Translations under genes and position numbers: made by a program
IMG/VR virus record: IMGVR_UViG_3300036845_000183
Span: 1 to 55,180 of that record
Direction: 5' to 3' (one strand)
Source of the DNA: a virus
Lineage: Duplodnaviria; Caudoviricetes
Length of the DNA stretch: 55,180 bases
Shown here: positions 6,795-16,600 of the stretch, piece by piece
Layout of the letters: every line of letters starts with the position of its first letter
Numbering within the stretch: position 1 is the first letter of the stretch
The notes under the pieces: generated by a model
Databases searched by the model: none
What the model saw: the letters and a program-made list of their open reading frames with translations, nothing else
Told to the model about the DNA's origin: nothing

Positions 6795-8827
6795 TTCCTT
6801 CCCTCCCAAGTCATCCAAGGCATAAGCAGTTCGTGCTTGACGCCGTTCACTGGCGCAAAAACCGCCAGGAACGGGCACCCGCGCATTGTACGGAAATATC
6901 CGCTGTCAAGCAAGCTTTTCAAGACGGCGCGCTCAAACATTTTTGCCGCAGCGTCCTTGTTGATGACATATCCGGGGCGTTCGTCGATTCTGTCGCCAAG
7001 TTCTTCCACACTCTCAAAGGTGACGATGTTTCCGGCTCGGAGGCCATTCATCCCGCCGGCAACTGCGCCAGGCAGCATCGCGGCCAGTCGCATCACGGCA
7101 TTTTGTTCTTGTTGTTCGGGCGGCAAGACAATCTCCCTCTTGAATACGTTCACAGTTGTGATTCGGCCTTTGCTGTCGGTGCCGTAGTTCTCCGACACGA
7201 TCCGGCCAATGTAGCTTTTGGCCTTCGGGGCGCCGCGGGCCTTGCCGCAGTCGATCGAAACCTGATCGCCCTTGCCGGCGGTGACGCGGTAGACAAAACC
7301 TGACTGAGCCGACTTGGCGCCGTTGCCTTTCTGCCACGCGTCTTCATTGCCGAGTGGCAGATGGTCCGTGACGATCGTTGCTGCAGCGGTTCGCTTCGCA
7401 ATCAGTTTGAGCACGAACATCGCCTTCAAAACCTTCTCGGTATCGTTGTCGGCGAAGCACAGCCCCGAGGCGCCCCAGGTGTCAACCACGATCAGATCGA
7501 CACGCTTGCCCATGGCGGCCATAGCTTGGACTTGGCCTAGGCACTGCGATTCGAACGCCAGAGGCTCGGGCACGCCGCGGATCAAATGGAACCTATCAGC
7601 CAGTTCGCCGCCATTCGATTCGAGACGGAGTAAGTGTCTCACGCGTCGTTCTGTGCCGTAATCGTCTTCAGCCGCGACCCATAGTACGTGACTGTCCAGC
7701 CGCTCAACATCAGCCTCAAGCCAACTTCGTCCAGCGAGCAAAGAAACAGCCATGTCGCTAACGACAGTGGATTTTCCCGCTCCAGAGTGCCCAGTAACGA
7801 AATGTAGTTCTCCGCAGAGAACACGCTGATGGAGCAACCATGGTAACTCTGCACTGCTATCCTCCAGTGAGATTTCAAAACCAGTTCGTGCAGCAACCAG
7901 CGTCGGCGCCGTTTGCGCGTCGTGCAGGCCTTGCAACATTGTGCGCCTGTTCATGATCGCTTGCATGATCAGGTTGCCGCGCAGCACGGGCAAGTCGTCG
8001 TGGCGCGAGATTTCTTCGCCTAGAGTGCGACCTCCGAGGCCTTCGTCAAGCGAGTGGCCAGCGCCAGTGATCGCGTCTTCAATTTCCTGCCGGACACAGA
8101 GGCCGTTCAGCTCGGCGAATTTCAGCACGCCAACTAAGGAAAAGATCGTTGAGCCGCGCCCTTCGGTGCGCCCCGTTAGCTCTTGTTTAAGTAGCCCGAG
8201 GTATCGTTGAGCAGCGTCTCGTCCTGCTTGCCATTCGTCCTGCGTTCTTGGCACGGCTTCTTTGAGTTCGTCGAGACTGGCAGTCTCATGGTCTGCAGAG
8301 AAGCGCAGCGAGGTTCCTGCACGCAAGGGTACTTCACTAAGGACTGATTGAAGCTGAGCACTCGTAAGTCGCGGCCACTCGGCGTCCCAGTTTTCCCAGA
8401 CATAATTTTCTCCTGTGTCCTTATGCGGACCGAAGGCGACGAACTGGCCGCCCATGAGCTGCAGCTTGTCGCCATCAGGAAACGTGAACGTGCGGCCGGT
8501 TACCGGAGTGTCGGTTAGGTAAAACGGAATGAGGAAACGAGGCTTCTTCCCCCAGCGTACCGGCACATCGTGCCCCAGCACGCCTCTAAATGCAGCAAGC
8601 AGTCGCATTGACGCGGATGCGTCGCCGCAATCAACATCAAAGGCGGTAAGCCCGCCATCGCCACAACGAAGACCGACGCCCCCGGCTCCAGGGTGTGGTA
8701 TTGGACTTGTCCAGACGTTCCAGCCTTCGCCGATCGGTCGTTTCGATCCTCGGGCGATTGCGAGGGGGAACAGGCCTCTTTGCGTCGCTTCATGCCAAAA
8801 CTCCTGAATTGAGGACGGAAACGGCAT
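6791..8827 (-). CDS. Primase(-polymerase)/helicase fusion: Prim-Pol-like N-terminus plus RecA-family AAA_25 ATPase
   Basis: GVGLRCG..AFDVD and GGQFVAFGPH; Walker A GHSGAGKS, WVAAED, Walker B LIVVDT. Confidence 0.88.
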   Translation of the reverse strand: MPFPSSIQEFWHEATQRGLFPLAIARGSKRPIGEGWNVWTSPIPHPGAGGVGLRCGDGGLTAFDVDCGDASASMRLLAAFRGVLGHDVPVRWGKKPRFLIPFYLTDTPVTGRTFTFPDGDKLQLMGGQFVAFGPHKDTGENYVWENWDAEWPRLTSAQLQSVLSEVPLRAGTSLRFSADHETASLDELKEAVPRTQDEWQAGRDAAQRYLGLLKQELTGRTEGRGSTIFSLVGVLKFAELNGLCVRQEIEDAITGAGHSLDEGLGGRTLGEEISRHDDLPVLRGNLIMQAIMNRRTMLQGLHDAQTAPTLVAARTGFEISLEDSSAELPWLLHQRVLCGELHFVTGHSGAGKSTVVSDMAVSLLAGRSWLEADVERLDSHVLWVAAEDDYGTERRVRHLLRLESNGGELADRFHLIRGVPEPLAFESQCLGQVQAMAAMGKRVDLIVVDTWGASGLCFADNDTEKVLKAMFVLKLIAKRTAAATIVTDHLPLGNEDAWQKGNGAKSAQSGFVYRVTAGKGDQVSIDCGKARGAPKAKSYIGRIVSENYGTDSKGRITTVNVFKREIVLPPEQQEQNAVMRLAAMLPGAVAGGMNGLRAGNIVTFESVEELGDRIDERPGYVINKDAAAKMFERAVLKSLLDSGYFRTMRGCPFLAVFAPVNGVKHELLMPWMTWEGRK

Positions 8828-8921
8828 GTATGCCTTCGAAGGAATGCGGGGTGCCGTTTCTAACGCCGTAGCGGCTCGTCTCGCAAGCCGCTACCCGTGG
8901 TATTTTGTACTGATTCGCAAA

Positions 8922-9080
8922 CTATGAAATGAGAGGCTTGTTCAACGAAGCGAGGTATTCCAAGATTGGTATCGCTTCGTATTTTTCCGTGTTGAGTGCC
9001 GCAACAGCTTTTGGGTTGAAAGTCTCTAAAACGACTTCCTTCGTAACTTTGTTGCGAATGACCCATGAAGCGGTTTTCAC
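8922..9080 (-). CDS. Small hypothetical protein MKTASWVIRNKVTKEVVLETF... (52 aa; not in ORF track)
   Basis: Translated by hand; GGAGGG SD. Confidence 0.65.
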   Translation of the reverse strand: MKTASWVIRNKVTKEVVLETFNPKAVAALNTEKYEAIPILEYLASLNKPLIS

Positions 9081-9083
9081 AGC

Positions 9084-9227
9084 TCAACCCTCCAGTTGTT
9101 CAAGCAAATCGGCAACCGCCTGTTCCTCGGTGTCGCCAGCGCCGTATGGGCTTTCCGGGCCGTCGTACGTGTCGGTATCGATCGCGGTCCATTCGTTGGC
9201 GTAGTGCTGTGTGGTGCGGATGTTCAT
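9084..9227 (-). CDS. Small acidic early protein (MNIRTTQHY...)
   Basis: Follows leader copy 2. Confidence 0.7.
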   Translation of the reverse strand: MNIRTTQHYANEWTAIDTDTYDGPESPYGAGDTEEQAVADLLEQLEG

Positions 9228-9229
9228 CT

Positions 9230-9290
9230 TGCTCTCCAGCGGTTGTTCGATGTACGTACATAGCACACCTAGAAGGGGTGTCAAGCCCCC
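9230..9290 (-). promoter_or_regulatory. Sigma70-like early promoter plus leader (copy 2)
   Basis: TTGACA...GCTATGTACGTACAT...ACAACCGCTGGAGAGCA. Confidence 0.8.
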
Positions 9291-9892
9291 TCAGCAATAA
9301 AAATCAAAATATTTCGAAACGGCAGGGGCGTCGCTTCGCGGTCCCGCGTCTTGTGCTTGCCGCCGACCATCGCCCCAATGCCGATACGCCTGGCTTTCTC
9401 GTATCCATAGCGTTCCAGCGCGACAGGATGCAGTCGTTGCGTGCCTTTCGTCCAGTTCAGTTCGGGCAAGTTCTTCGCCACAGCGTAAAGCCACGTCGGT
9501 TTGCGCGACGCATGGCCGTACCAACCCTGTTCGACGTAGCAGGAACGCCCGCCGTACTGGTCTAGCGCGGTCCATCCTTGATGCCTGACCGGCTTCACCA
9601 TGCCGTGTGCGGACCATGCGTGGCTGTCGCAAGGGTGTTCCAGCACGCCACTCCAACGACGTACCGAGGCCAGCGCGGAGGCGAAGCAACCGTGGTCGTC
9701 GCCTAGCTTGTGCTGGTGCGGTTTCCGCGGCGACCCGTGCCAGTACCGGCCCCAGCGCTGGCACGGAGGATGCGCCACTACAGGCCACGGACCCTCATAC
9801 AGCCGCGCGTCGCGGTCGATACCCCAGCAATCGACGGCCCAAGGCATGCCACTGTAGCAGCCCTGTGGGTCGACGAACAACGCTGCGATCAT
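9281..9892 (-). CDS. Minimal C5-cytosine methyltransferase-like protein
   Basis: HPPCQ (motif IV-like), VLEHP (ENV-like), YGH.SRKPTWLY, R..TP..F. Confidence 0.65.
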   Translation of the reverse strand: MIAALFVDPQGCYSGMPWAVDCWGIDRDARLYEGPWPVVAHPPCQRWGRYWHGSPRKPHQHKLGDDHGCFASALASVRRWSGVLEHPCDSHAWSAHGMVKPVRHQGWTALDQYGGRSCYVEQGWYGHASRKPTWLYAVAKNLPELNWTKGTQRLHPVALERYGYEKARRIGIGAMVGGKHKTRDREATPLPFRNILIFIAEGA

Positions 9893-10095
9893 GCTTGCGA
9901 GTACTCACGTGCGACGTACTCGCGCGCCTCGACAGTCAATCGCCCGTATTGCAGCATAAGCCGCGCCATCCTGACATCGACGATACCCGACTTTTTCTTG
10001 TCGCTTGCCAAAGTAGCCTTAACCTGTGCGAGCGTACGGAGCGGCAGCCCAAGCTTGTCGGCGTCTTCTCGCAGCACGTCACCTACGGTTTTCAT
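9889..10095 (-). CDS. Small early protein (MKTVGDVLRED...)
   Basis: Follows leader copy 3. Confidence 0.7.
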   Translation of the reverse strand: MKTVGDVLREDADKLGLPLRTLAQVKATLASDKKKSGIVDVRMARLMLQYGRLTVEAREYVAREYSQA

Positions 10096-10098
10096 TTT

Positions 10099-10160
10099 TG
10101 CTCTCCAGCGGTTGTTGACGATTTGTATGTACACGCGTTCCGAAGGGGTGTCAAGCCCCC
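10099..10160 (-). promoter_or_regulatory. Sigma70-like early promoter plus leader (copy 3)
   Basis: GGGGGCTTGACACCCCTTC shared with copy 2; exact 17-mer at 10099-10115. Confidence 0.8.
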
Positions 10161-10618
10161 CAAGGCATTTTTTCTTTGGCCGTTTGCGCCATGGCGGCCG
10201 GCAGCTCGTATTTGGCTAGCCGAACTTTCAGTTCTTTCAACTCGGCATACAAGTAACTGAGTTCTTCGGTCATCGTTGCGTTGGCCATGCGGAGCCGCTC
10301 TAAATCTTCATCTCCACCGGGTTGTGCTGCAACCACATTAGAAACCGTAGGCCGCGACGTGCCGCCGCGGGAGCCGGGGCCGCCGTTCCTGCGCTGCGCC
10401 CGGCAGTTCGGGCAGTTCTTCATGAGCAAGCCGGCGTTCTTGGTGAAGCCCTGGAGCGCCTTCTTTGACACGTCAAGGCTGATGGTTGCCGAGCACGTTC
10501 CGCAGGGCCGGGTGACCCGGTAGAGATGGAGATAGTCTCCGTTCCAGTATTTGGTTACCGGCGCTCCGCCAGTCCAACCATCGGGAAATGAACCGTCCCA
10601 CGCTGCATGTCCGACCAT
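10151..10618 (-). CDS. Zinc-finger plus coiled-coil hypothetical protein
   Basis: CGTC...CPNC; ends KEKMPWGA. Confidence 0.7.
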   Translation of the reverse strand: MVGHAAWDGSFPDGWTGGAPVTKYWNGDYLHLYRVTRPCGTCSATISLDVSKKALQGFTKNAGLLMKNCPNCRAQRRNGGPGSRGGTSRPTVSNVVAAQPGGDEDLERLRMANATMTEELSYLYAELKELKVRLAKYELPAAMAQTAKEKMPWGA

Positions 10619-10629
10619 ATCCGTACGTT

Positions 10630-10800
10630 CCTTGTTGTGGTGAATTTACGTCTTGTGATGCGGTGAATATAGTTCACGGTGAAAAAGTCACTTCACAATA
10701 AATTTACTGAGAATTCACCACAATTTACGGTGTTTATTCGTTCTGTGGTTAAATATGGTGAAAAGCCGTGAATTTACAGCGCGTATGATAAGCATCCCCT
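10630..10800. repeat. AT-rich non-coding region with GTGAA/TTCAC and AATTTAC repeats; candidate origin or packaging site
   Basis: 12-bp inverted repeat TTGTGGTGAATT (10635-10646) / AATTCACCACAA (10712-10723); lies at a strand switch. Confidence 0.5.
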
Positions 10801-10911
10801 CGAAGTGGCGGGGGTGGAGGACGAAAGATCACACCCCCAGTAGACGAGGGGTGGGTGGTGGAGTAGACTCAATTCGAAACCCCAGGCACAAATAGTAACT
10901 AAGGCACAAAC

Positions 10912-11352
10912 GTGAACCTACCGGTCGCACGGCTCCCGCAGTACGCAGTCGAGACGGCTGCCAAGCATGCCACACGGATAGGCACGTTCGTACGGGTGCA
11001 AAGTCCGACGCTGACAACGGCTTGTCGCCAGGCGGGTTTGCCGATCGAGTTGGCGGAGCTGTGCGCCGGGCTGCTCGCCTCGGTCGTTGACGACCTCGTT
11101 GAAATCAGCCGGCTGCCGAAACGGGACTTCAACCGGGCGAAACGGATCGAACGGGTTCTAGCGGCTGCAGAAGAACCGGTTGCATCGGCGCTCCGTGTCG
11201 CCATGGCTGCGTCACCGGTCAACGGACGGGCTTGCGTGCGTCACTGGGACGCCATTTGCGACAAGCGCGAAATCGGCAAGCTGGCGTGGCTGCTCGGCAT
11301 GCACACGGACACCGCGGAAAAATATTCGAAGAAAATCGAAAAGAGGGGTTGA
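10912..11352 (+). CDS. Hypothetical protein
   Basis: ORF track; fills gap before next promoter. Confidence 0.55.
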   Translation: MNLPVARLPQYAVETAAKHATRIGTFVRVQSPTLTTACRQAGLPIELAELCAGLLASVVDDLVEISRLPKRDFNRAKRIERVLAAAEEPVASALRVAMAASPVNGRACVRHWDAICDKREIGKLAWLLGMHTDTAEKYSKKIEKRG

Positions 11353-11404
11353 CGGCGCTTTGCGTACGTGCAATAAGAAGGTCGTCAACAACCGCTGGAG
11401 AGCA
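11349..11404 (+). promoter_or_regulatory. Early promoter plus leader (copy 4)
   Basis: TTGACG...CAATAA; exact 17-mer at 11388-11404. Confidence 0.75.
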
Positions 11405-11407
11405 CAA

Positions 11408-11572
11408 ATGCTGATCAACTATACGGTCATCGAGGTCTACAACCGGGACGATGAATTGGTTGGCGAAGGTTGCCACGTGAAATGGATGGTTGGCAGTTTT
11501 TACGAACCCCGAGGTTGGCAGCCTAAGCCTTCGGAGGGCTACTGGATAGTTCCGGGCACGCGAGAAGATTGA
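11408..11572 (+). CDS. Small early protein (MLINYTVIEVY...)
   Basis: Follows leader copy 4. Confidence 0.65.
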   Translation: MLINYTVIEVYNRDDELVGEGCHVKWMVGSFYEPRGWQPKPSEGYWIVPGTRED

Positions 11573-11624
11573 CAACTCCCACAACTTCACGTACTGACAG
11601 CACATAAACAACCGCTGGAGAGCA
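11569..11624 (+). promoter_or_regulatory. Early promoter plus leader (copy 5)
   Basis: TTGACA at 11569; exact 17-mer at 11608-11624. Confidence 0.75.
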
Positions 11625-11626
11625 AA

Positions 11627-11926
11627 ATGACCAAGACCGTTGAAACCCCCGCCATCATCCCGCCGCTTGCCGTTGACGAGCTGGCCGGTATCAAAGCCCA
11701 GATCGCCGTGCTGCAGGAGCGCGAGAAGGCGCTTGTCGACGCGCTCAAGGCGACGGGCATGGAGCGTATCATCGGCACGCTGCACGAAGCCGTGGTGTCG
11801 CTGTCGGAGCGCGAAACCATTGATACCAAGAAACTCCGCGCCGATCTTGGCGACGAAATCATTGCGGAGTACGTTCGCAAGACCGACGTTACGACGCTGA
11901 AGATCACAGCGCGAAAGGTGCATTGA
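11627..11926 (+). CDS. Conserved phage hypothetical protein with coiled-coil N-terminus
   Basis: Follows leader copy 5; strong codon bias. Confidence 0.8.
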   Translation: MTKTVETPAIIPPLAVDELAGIKAQIAVLQEREKALVDALKATGMERIIGTLHEAVVSLSERETIDTKKLRADLGDEIIAEYVRKTDVTTLKITARKVH

Positions 11927-12074
11927 GATGACCATCATCAAAAGCACCGATCGTTTCGGCATTTCGTACATTCATTTCATTCCGACTTCACGCTTGTCGG
12001 AATGGTACCTATACCAGCCAACAGACTATGCCTTGCGTGAGTTCTGGGACCAAGCAACGCTGGAGGGCTAAAAG

Positions 12075-12254
12075 ATGAACGACGGAATTAGCATGTTGCT
12101 TTGGAAGGCTCGCCAAGATTTGTTCTTTGAGCACGACCGCCTATCGTACTGGCGCAAGACTGACAGCCAGGAACTGCGGTTTTACGAACGGCGCTATTGC
12201 TGCGCGCTTGACCGCGTTTGGGAGTTACAGCAAATGTGCGAGGTGACGCTGTGA
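12075..12254 (+). CDS. Small hypothetical protein
   Basis: Degenerate leader CAACGCTGGAGGGC upstream; translated by hand. Confidence 0.55.
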   Translation: MNDGISMLLWKARQDLFFEHDRLSYWRKTDSQELRFYERRYCCALDRVWELQQMCEVTL

Positions 12255-12382
12255 CCAAGAAGCAGCATTTGGACAGACTGCGTAAACGCCTGGAGCCGCC
12301 GCTCAGCTATACGAGCGACGATTTGCGGCGCTTGCGCGATATCCTGAAAGGGATTATTGATCTGTTGGAGGACGAGCTATGA
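12251..12382 (+). CDS. Small hypothetical protein
   Basis: GAGG SD and GTGA overlap. Confidence 0.5.
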   Translation: MTKKQHLDRLRKRLEPPLSYTSDDLRRLRDILKGIIDLLEDEL

Positions 12383-12579
12383 TTGGGTTCCTGACTTGCT
12401 TCGCAGTCGGCTTCATGCTCGGATGCATCGCATGGAAATGTTGGGACACGCCCCTTGCGCAGCTCAACCCGCCGGAGAATGAGCCATGATGGATTTATGG
12501 GCCGCATTTATGGTCTGCTTTGTAGTTGGGTTCGTTGTCGGCTGCGTCGTGACGACGCTGAAGCTTACGAGGAACGACG

Positions 12580-12783
12580 ATGCCAAATGATCCCGATGTC
12601 AAGGCGCTGGTGGAGCGGGCTACTTCTTTGGCGCGTGTACAGAACAGCTTACATGCGCAGGTCATATTGGAGTTAGTTGCCGTCATTACCGCCCAGGCAG
12701 CGGAGATCGAGCGGCTGAAAGTCCGGTGCAGTGACCTCACTCAATGCATGATCGCCGCCGCCATCCGAGGGCTCAAGTCATGA
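12580..12783 (+). CDS. Small coiled-coil hypothetical protein
   Basis: GAGG SD; AQAAEIERLK. Confidence 0.6.
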   Translation: MPNDPDVKALVERATSLARVQNSLHAQVILELVAVITAQAAEIERLKVRCSDLTQCMIAAAIRGLKS

Positions 12784-12971
12784 CCCTCAGCGAATTTGCC
12801 GCGCTCAAGCCAGGCGACAAGATTGAACTGCCGATGTCCGGCGGGCAGGGCACCGTGAACGAAGTCAAGAAAGACGGCGTTATGGTGACCTGGGGCAGTT
12901 CAATCATATCGTGGCATTACAGCGTCGTATCAACGGCGTGGATGCATTGGAGCCGAATTGACCCTGTTTGA
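12780..12971 (+). CDS. Small SH3-like hypothetical protein
   Basis: ATGA overlap; LKPGDKI motif. Confidence 0.6.
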   Translation: MTLSEFAALKPGDKIELPMSGGQGTVNEVKKDGVMVTWGSSIISWHYSVVSTAWMHWSRIDPV

Positions 12972-13120
12972 GCAAGCCGTGCTGCAGGCACTCGTAATTC
13001 TGGGCGGCACGGGTACTCATAACGCCATCGCCGGAGTGAGCGGGCGTCGCCAGCATGCGATGCAAGACAAAGGTTGGATTATCTGCGTGGGTCTGAAAAC
13101 GCATCGGAGACGGTACAACA

Positions 13121-13339
13121 ATGCAACTAATCGACTTGCCACCAGATCCGCGCGGCGGCCAGTTACGCCGTAAGTACGAAACTCAGCTACGTGACCGCGT
13201 CGGCATCGACCCTGCGATCGTCGCCGCCGAGCTGGGGCTGCAGGAGCGCACGGTCATTCGGTTGCAAGTCAAGCTTGGGCTGCGCGGCTGCCGCAACCAC
13301 ATCAACAAGGGACCTGCCAGCGAACGGGCTGTCAGCTAG
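13121..13339 (+). CDS. Small HTH-like DNA-binding protein
   Basis: PAIVAAELGLQERTVIRL. Confidence 0.55.
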   Translation: MQLIDLPPDPRGGQLRRKYETQLRDRVGIDPAIVAAELGLQERTVIRLQVKLGLRGCRNHINKGPASERAVS

Positions 13340-13407
13340 GGAGAGTGCCTGCCAGTGGTTCGCGAACCTGGTAACGCGCTCTCCCGTCATTTTGGAGGAC
13401 TCAGACC

Positions 13408-13575
13408 GTGGACAATGCTAATTTTCTGAAGATGGAAGCCTTGAGAACCGATTTGAATGCGAGTCACGATGCACGACTCTACGCCATCATTGACGCCCAA
13501 GCCGCGGAGATAGAACGGTTGAAGGCTGCTTTGGCCGAAACAAATCAGGTTTTGGGTCCAAACTGGCGTCCCTAG
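13408..13575 (+). CDS. Small coiled-coil hypothetical protein
   Basis: GGAGG SD; AQAAEIERLK as in 12580; translated by hand. Confidence 0.55.
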   Translation: MDNANFLKMEALRTDLNASHDARLYAIIDAQAAEIERLKAALAETNQVLGPNWRP

Positions 13576-13627
13576 ACCCGCTGCCATCTGCCGTGCTACC
13601 GTCCATGCCGGAGCACACGGAGCCGGC

Positions 13628-16600
13628 ATGTCAGGACAGCAAGCATTCGGAGCAGCGTTAAACCAGGGCTTTGGCACGGGTGGTGAAGGCGCCCCCGAGC
13701 CGCCGCTTGACCTAAGCCCGCCAAGCCCAGGCGCCGCGACGCCCGACCAACAGTCGCCGGTATTCGGGTCCGCAACCTCGGGCATGACGTTCGGCCAGCC
13801 GAAGTACACTACTGACCCGAACGCCACTGCGCTGGACCAGTCGGCTAGCCTCATTCAGCAGCGAATCGACCAAGCTACCAAGATCAGCAACAACCCGTTT
13901 GCCGCGATCTTCGCGCCGGACGAAGTCGCCAAGGCGCGGGACTTTGTGCCACAGGCTGCCGACGCGCTGCAGAAGATCAAGCAACAGCAGCAAACCGGCA
14001 TCGACGCCAAAGACACCGCGCGCAACTGGGGCTTGACCAACCCGAATCAGTTCGGGCCGCAAACGACCGACACGACGCTTGCAAACGAGGCGTTGCGGCA
14101 GTGGAAGGACGAAGGCAATTTCAACGCGTACAAGGCGTTGAGCGGCCTCGGGCCGGAATGGAAGAACCGTGCCGAGCTGTACATGCCCGACGCCATGGGC
14201 AAGTTCGCAACGCACGTCAACGCGGTGCAGGACGGCATTACGGCGCTGAATGCCGCGGTCAACACGCGCAGCCAGACGGCGTACGAAGCGGCGCGTGACA
14301 AGTTGATCAAGAGCAACGATTTGTCGGCTATCGGCGTGCGGCCGGAGAACATCCCCGGCACCAAAGAGGGCTGGCTTGCGGCGCGCGGGCCGCTGGAGGC
14401 ACAGTACAATCAGGCGTCGCGCACCATCAAGGCGTTTCAGACGCGCCAGGACCAGCTCAATCAAGCCACGCCAATCACTGACGAGAAAGTTGGTAGCCGT
14501 ATCGAAGGTACGTTTCAATTCGGCAACGGCGAGACTGTGCCGGGCTTCAAGGCTGTATCGCTGCCCGGTTACGGCGATGTGCAAGGCGTCATGGGGCCGC
14601 CAGGCAGCAAAGACATTGCGCAGCGCGGCGTGACGTGGTCGAACGCAGCGCCCGAACAGGTCAAGACTGTGCAGGAGCAGACCAAGGCGCCCGAGGTGCA
14701 AGGCGCCATCAACAAGTACAAAATGGCGCGCGAGTTCAATGAAACTGCGCAAAACGACAAAATGTACAAATCGGCCGCCGGCATTGCGCTGATCAGCGAC
14801 GAACTGGGCGCGATCGGCCGCGACGTGTCGGAGGGCTCGAAAGCCGCTGGCAGCATCGGCCTGACGAAGATGCTGGAGGCGAAGTACGGCAGCGTCGACA
14901 ATGCACGCAACAAGCTTGCGCAAGAGGCCAGCGCCTTGAAAGACTGGCTGAGCAAAGGCGGCGATAAGAACCCGCGCCTGTCGCCACCGAGCATTCAGGG
15001 CATCAAGGACGTGGCGCAGTACAAGCACGACCAAGCGTTGAAAGAAGTACGGGACCGCATCGGGCAGCCGCTCGAAACCGCTGGCCGCTACGGCATGATC
15101 TTGAAGAACCTCGGGCTTGACAAGGAAATTACGGACAGCCCCGAAATTCGCGGCGTTTATGACCAGGCGCTGGCGCGCGGCAACAAGGAACTCGATAGTT
15201 ACCCCATGGTGGCGATCGGCGACCGTCGCGTCATGCTCCCGAGCGGCAGCAGCGTGCAAGGCGCCATCCAGGGCACGATGCAGCATCCGGCCTTGACAAC
15301 GCCCGCACAGCCGGCGCAAGGTGGCGGTGCGCCGGCCTTAACCGGAGCTGGTACTAGCGGCCCCTCGGGGAGCCCTGGCCCAAATTCACCCGCAGGCGGT
15401 GCGGCCCCTACAGCCCCCCAGCCTCCAACTGTGCCTCCTGCGGGTGGAGGCGGCCCCGCCCCGCAGCCCCAAGTCATCGCTGGCCAGTCCGTGAATGCGC
15501 CGATGCCGCCGGGTGCGTCGCCAGGCTACATGCAGGCAACGCAGCGTATCGAAAGCGGCAACGAGGCCAGCCCGTGGGCCGCCGGCACGCCACGCTCCAG
15601 CGCGTCAGGTGCGTTCCAATTTATTAATTCAACATGGGCCGCCGACAAACCGCCGGGCGCCCCCGCTCGCGCGGGCGACGCCACGCCGCAGCAGCAAGCC
15701 GACGCCTTCGCCACCCGCACGGCGAAGAACGCCGCGACGCTGACCAAGGCCGGCTTGCCGGTGAACGATGTCAGCCTGTACGTGGCGCACAATCTCGGCG
15801 AAGGCGCCGGGCCGAAGCTGCTTCAGGCCGACCCGAATGCCGACGCACGATCAATTGTTGGTGATAAGGCCGCAAGCAACAACCCGCGATTTTTCCGCGG
15901 CAAGCCGACCGTGGCAACCGTGCTGCAGCGATATTCCGACGCAATGCAGCCTCCGCAGGGTGCATGGGGCCGGCTAAACAGTCTGTTCATGCAAGGTATT
16001 CCAGCCGGGCAGCGCGCACAGGCGGCTCGAAACGTTGGCACTGCAGCAACCGAAAACGCGCCGGCCATCGGTTCGACGCTCGGCGCCATCGGAGGGTCAG
16101 TTGCCGGGCCGCTGGGCACGGTTGGCGGCGGGGCGGCGGGCGGCGCCGGCGGCCAAGTGCTCAAGGACTACCTGCAGGGTAACCCACAAAGCCCGACAAA
16201 CATCGCTGAGCAGGGTGCACTGGGTGGCGTGCTCGGCGTCGCGCCGGCCGGCAAGCCGTTGGTTGGATTGGCGACGCGCGTGCTCGGCGCGGGCAGTGTA
16301 GAAGCTGGCGCGGAGGCGGCGCGCGGCGGCAGTGCAGAGGACGTGGTCAAGGCCGGCGCGGTCGGGTCCGCGGCGGCGGCCGGCGGCGAAGCGCTGGGCC
16401 GCTTCATCGGCTATTTGGGCCGCCAAGCGCATCAGTTCGTGAGCAAGTACACGCAACCAGCGCAGAAAGAGCTGTTCGAACACGGGACAAACTTGGCCGA
16501 AGCACGGGCGACGCTGGAGAGCACGGAGCCCAAGTTGCCGGGCGATGGCGGCGACAACCCGAAGTATGTCGCTGCTGAGAAAGCGGAGGAAAAGTCAAAG

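Noticed and set aside
13712-15319. 535-aa antisense ORF
   Set aside because: Shadow of the high-GC3 ejection-protein gene; no SD or recognisable motifs.
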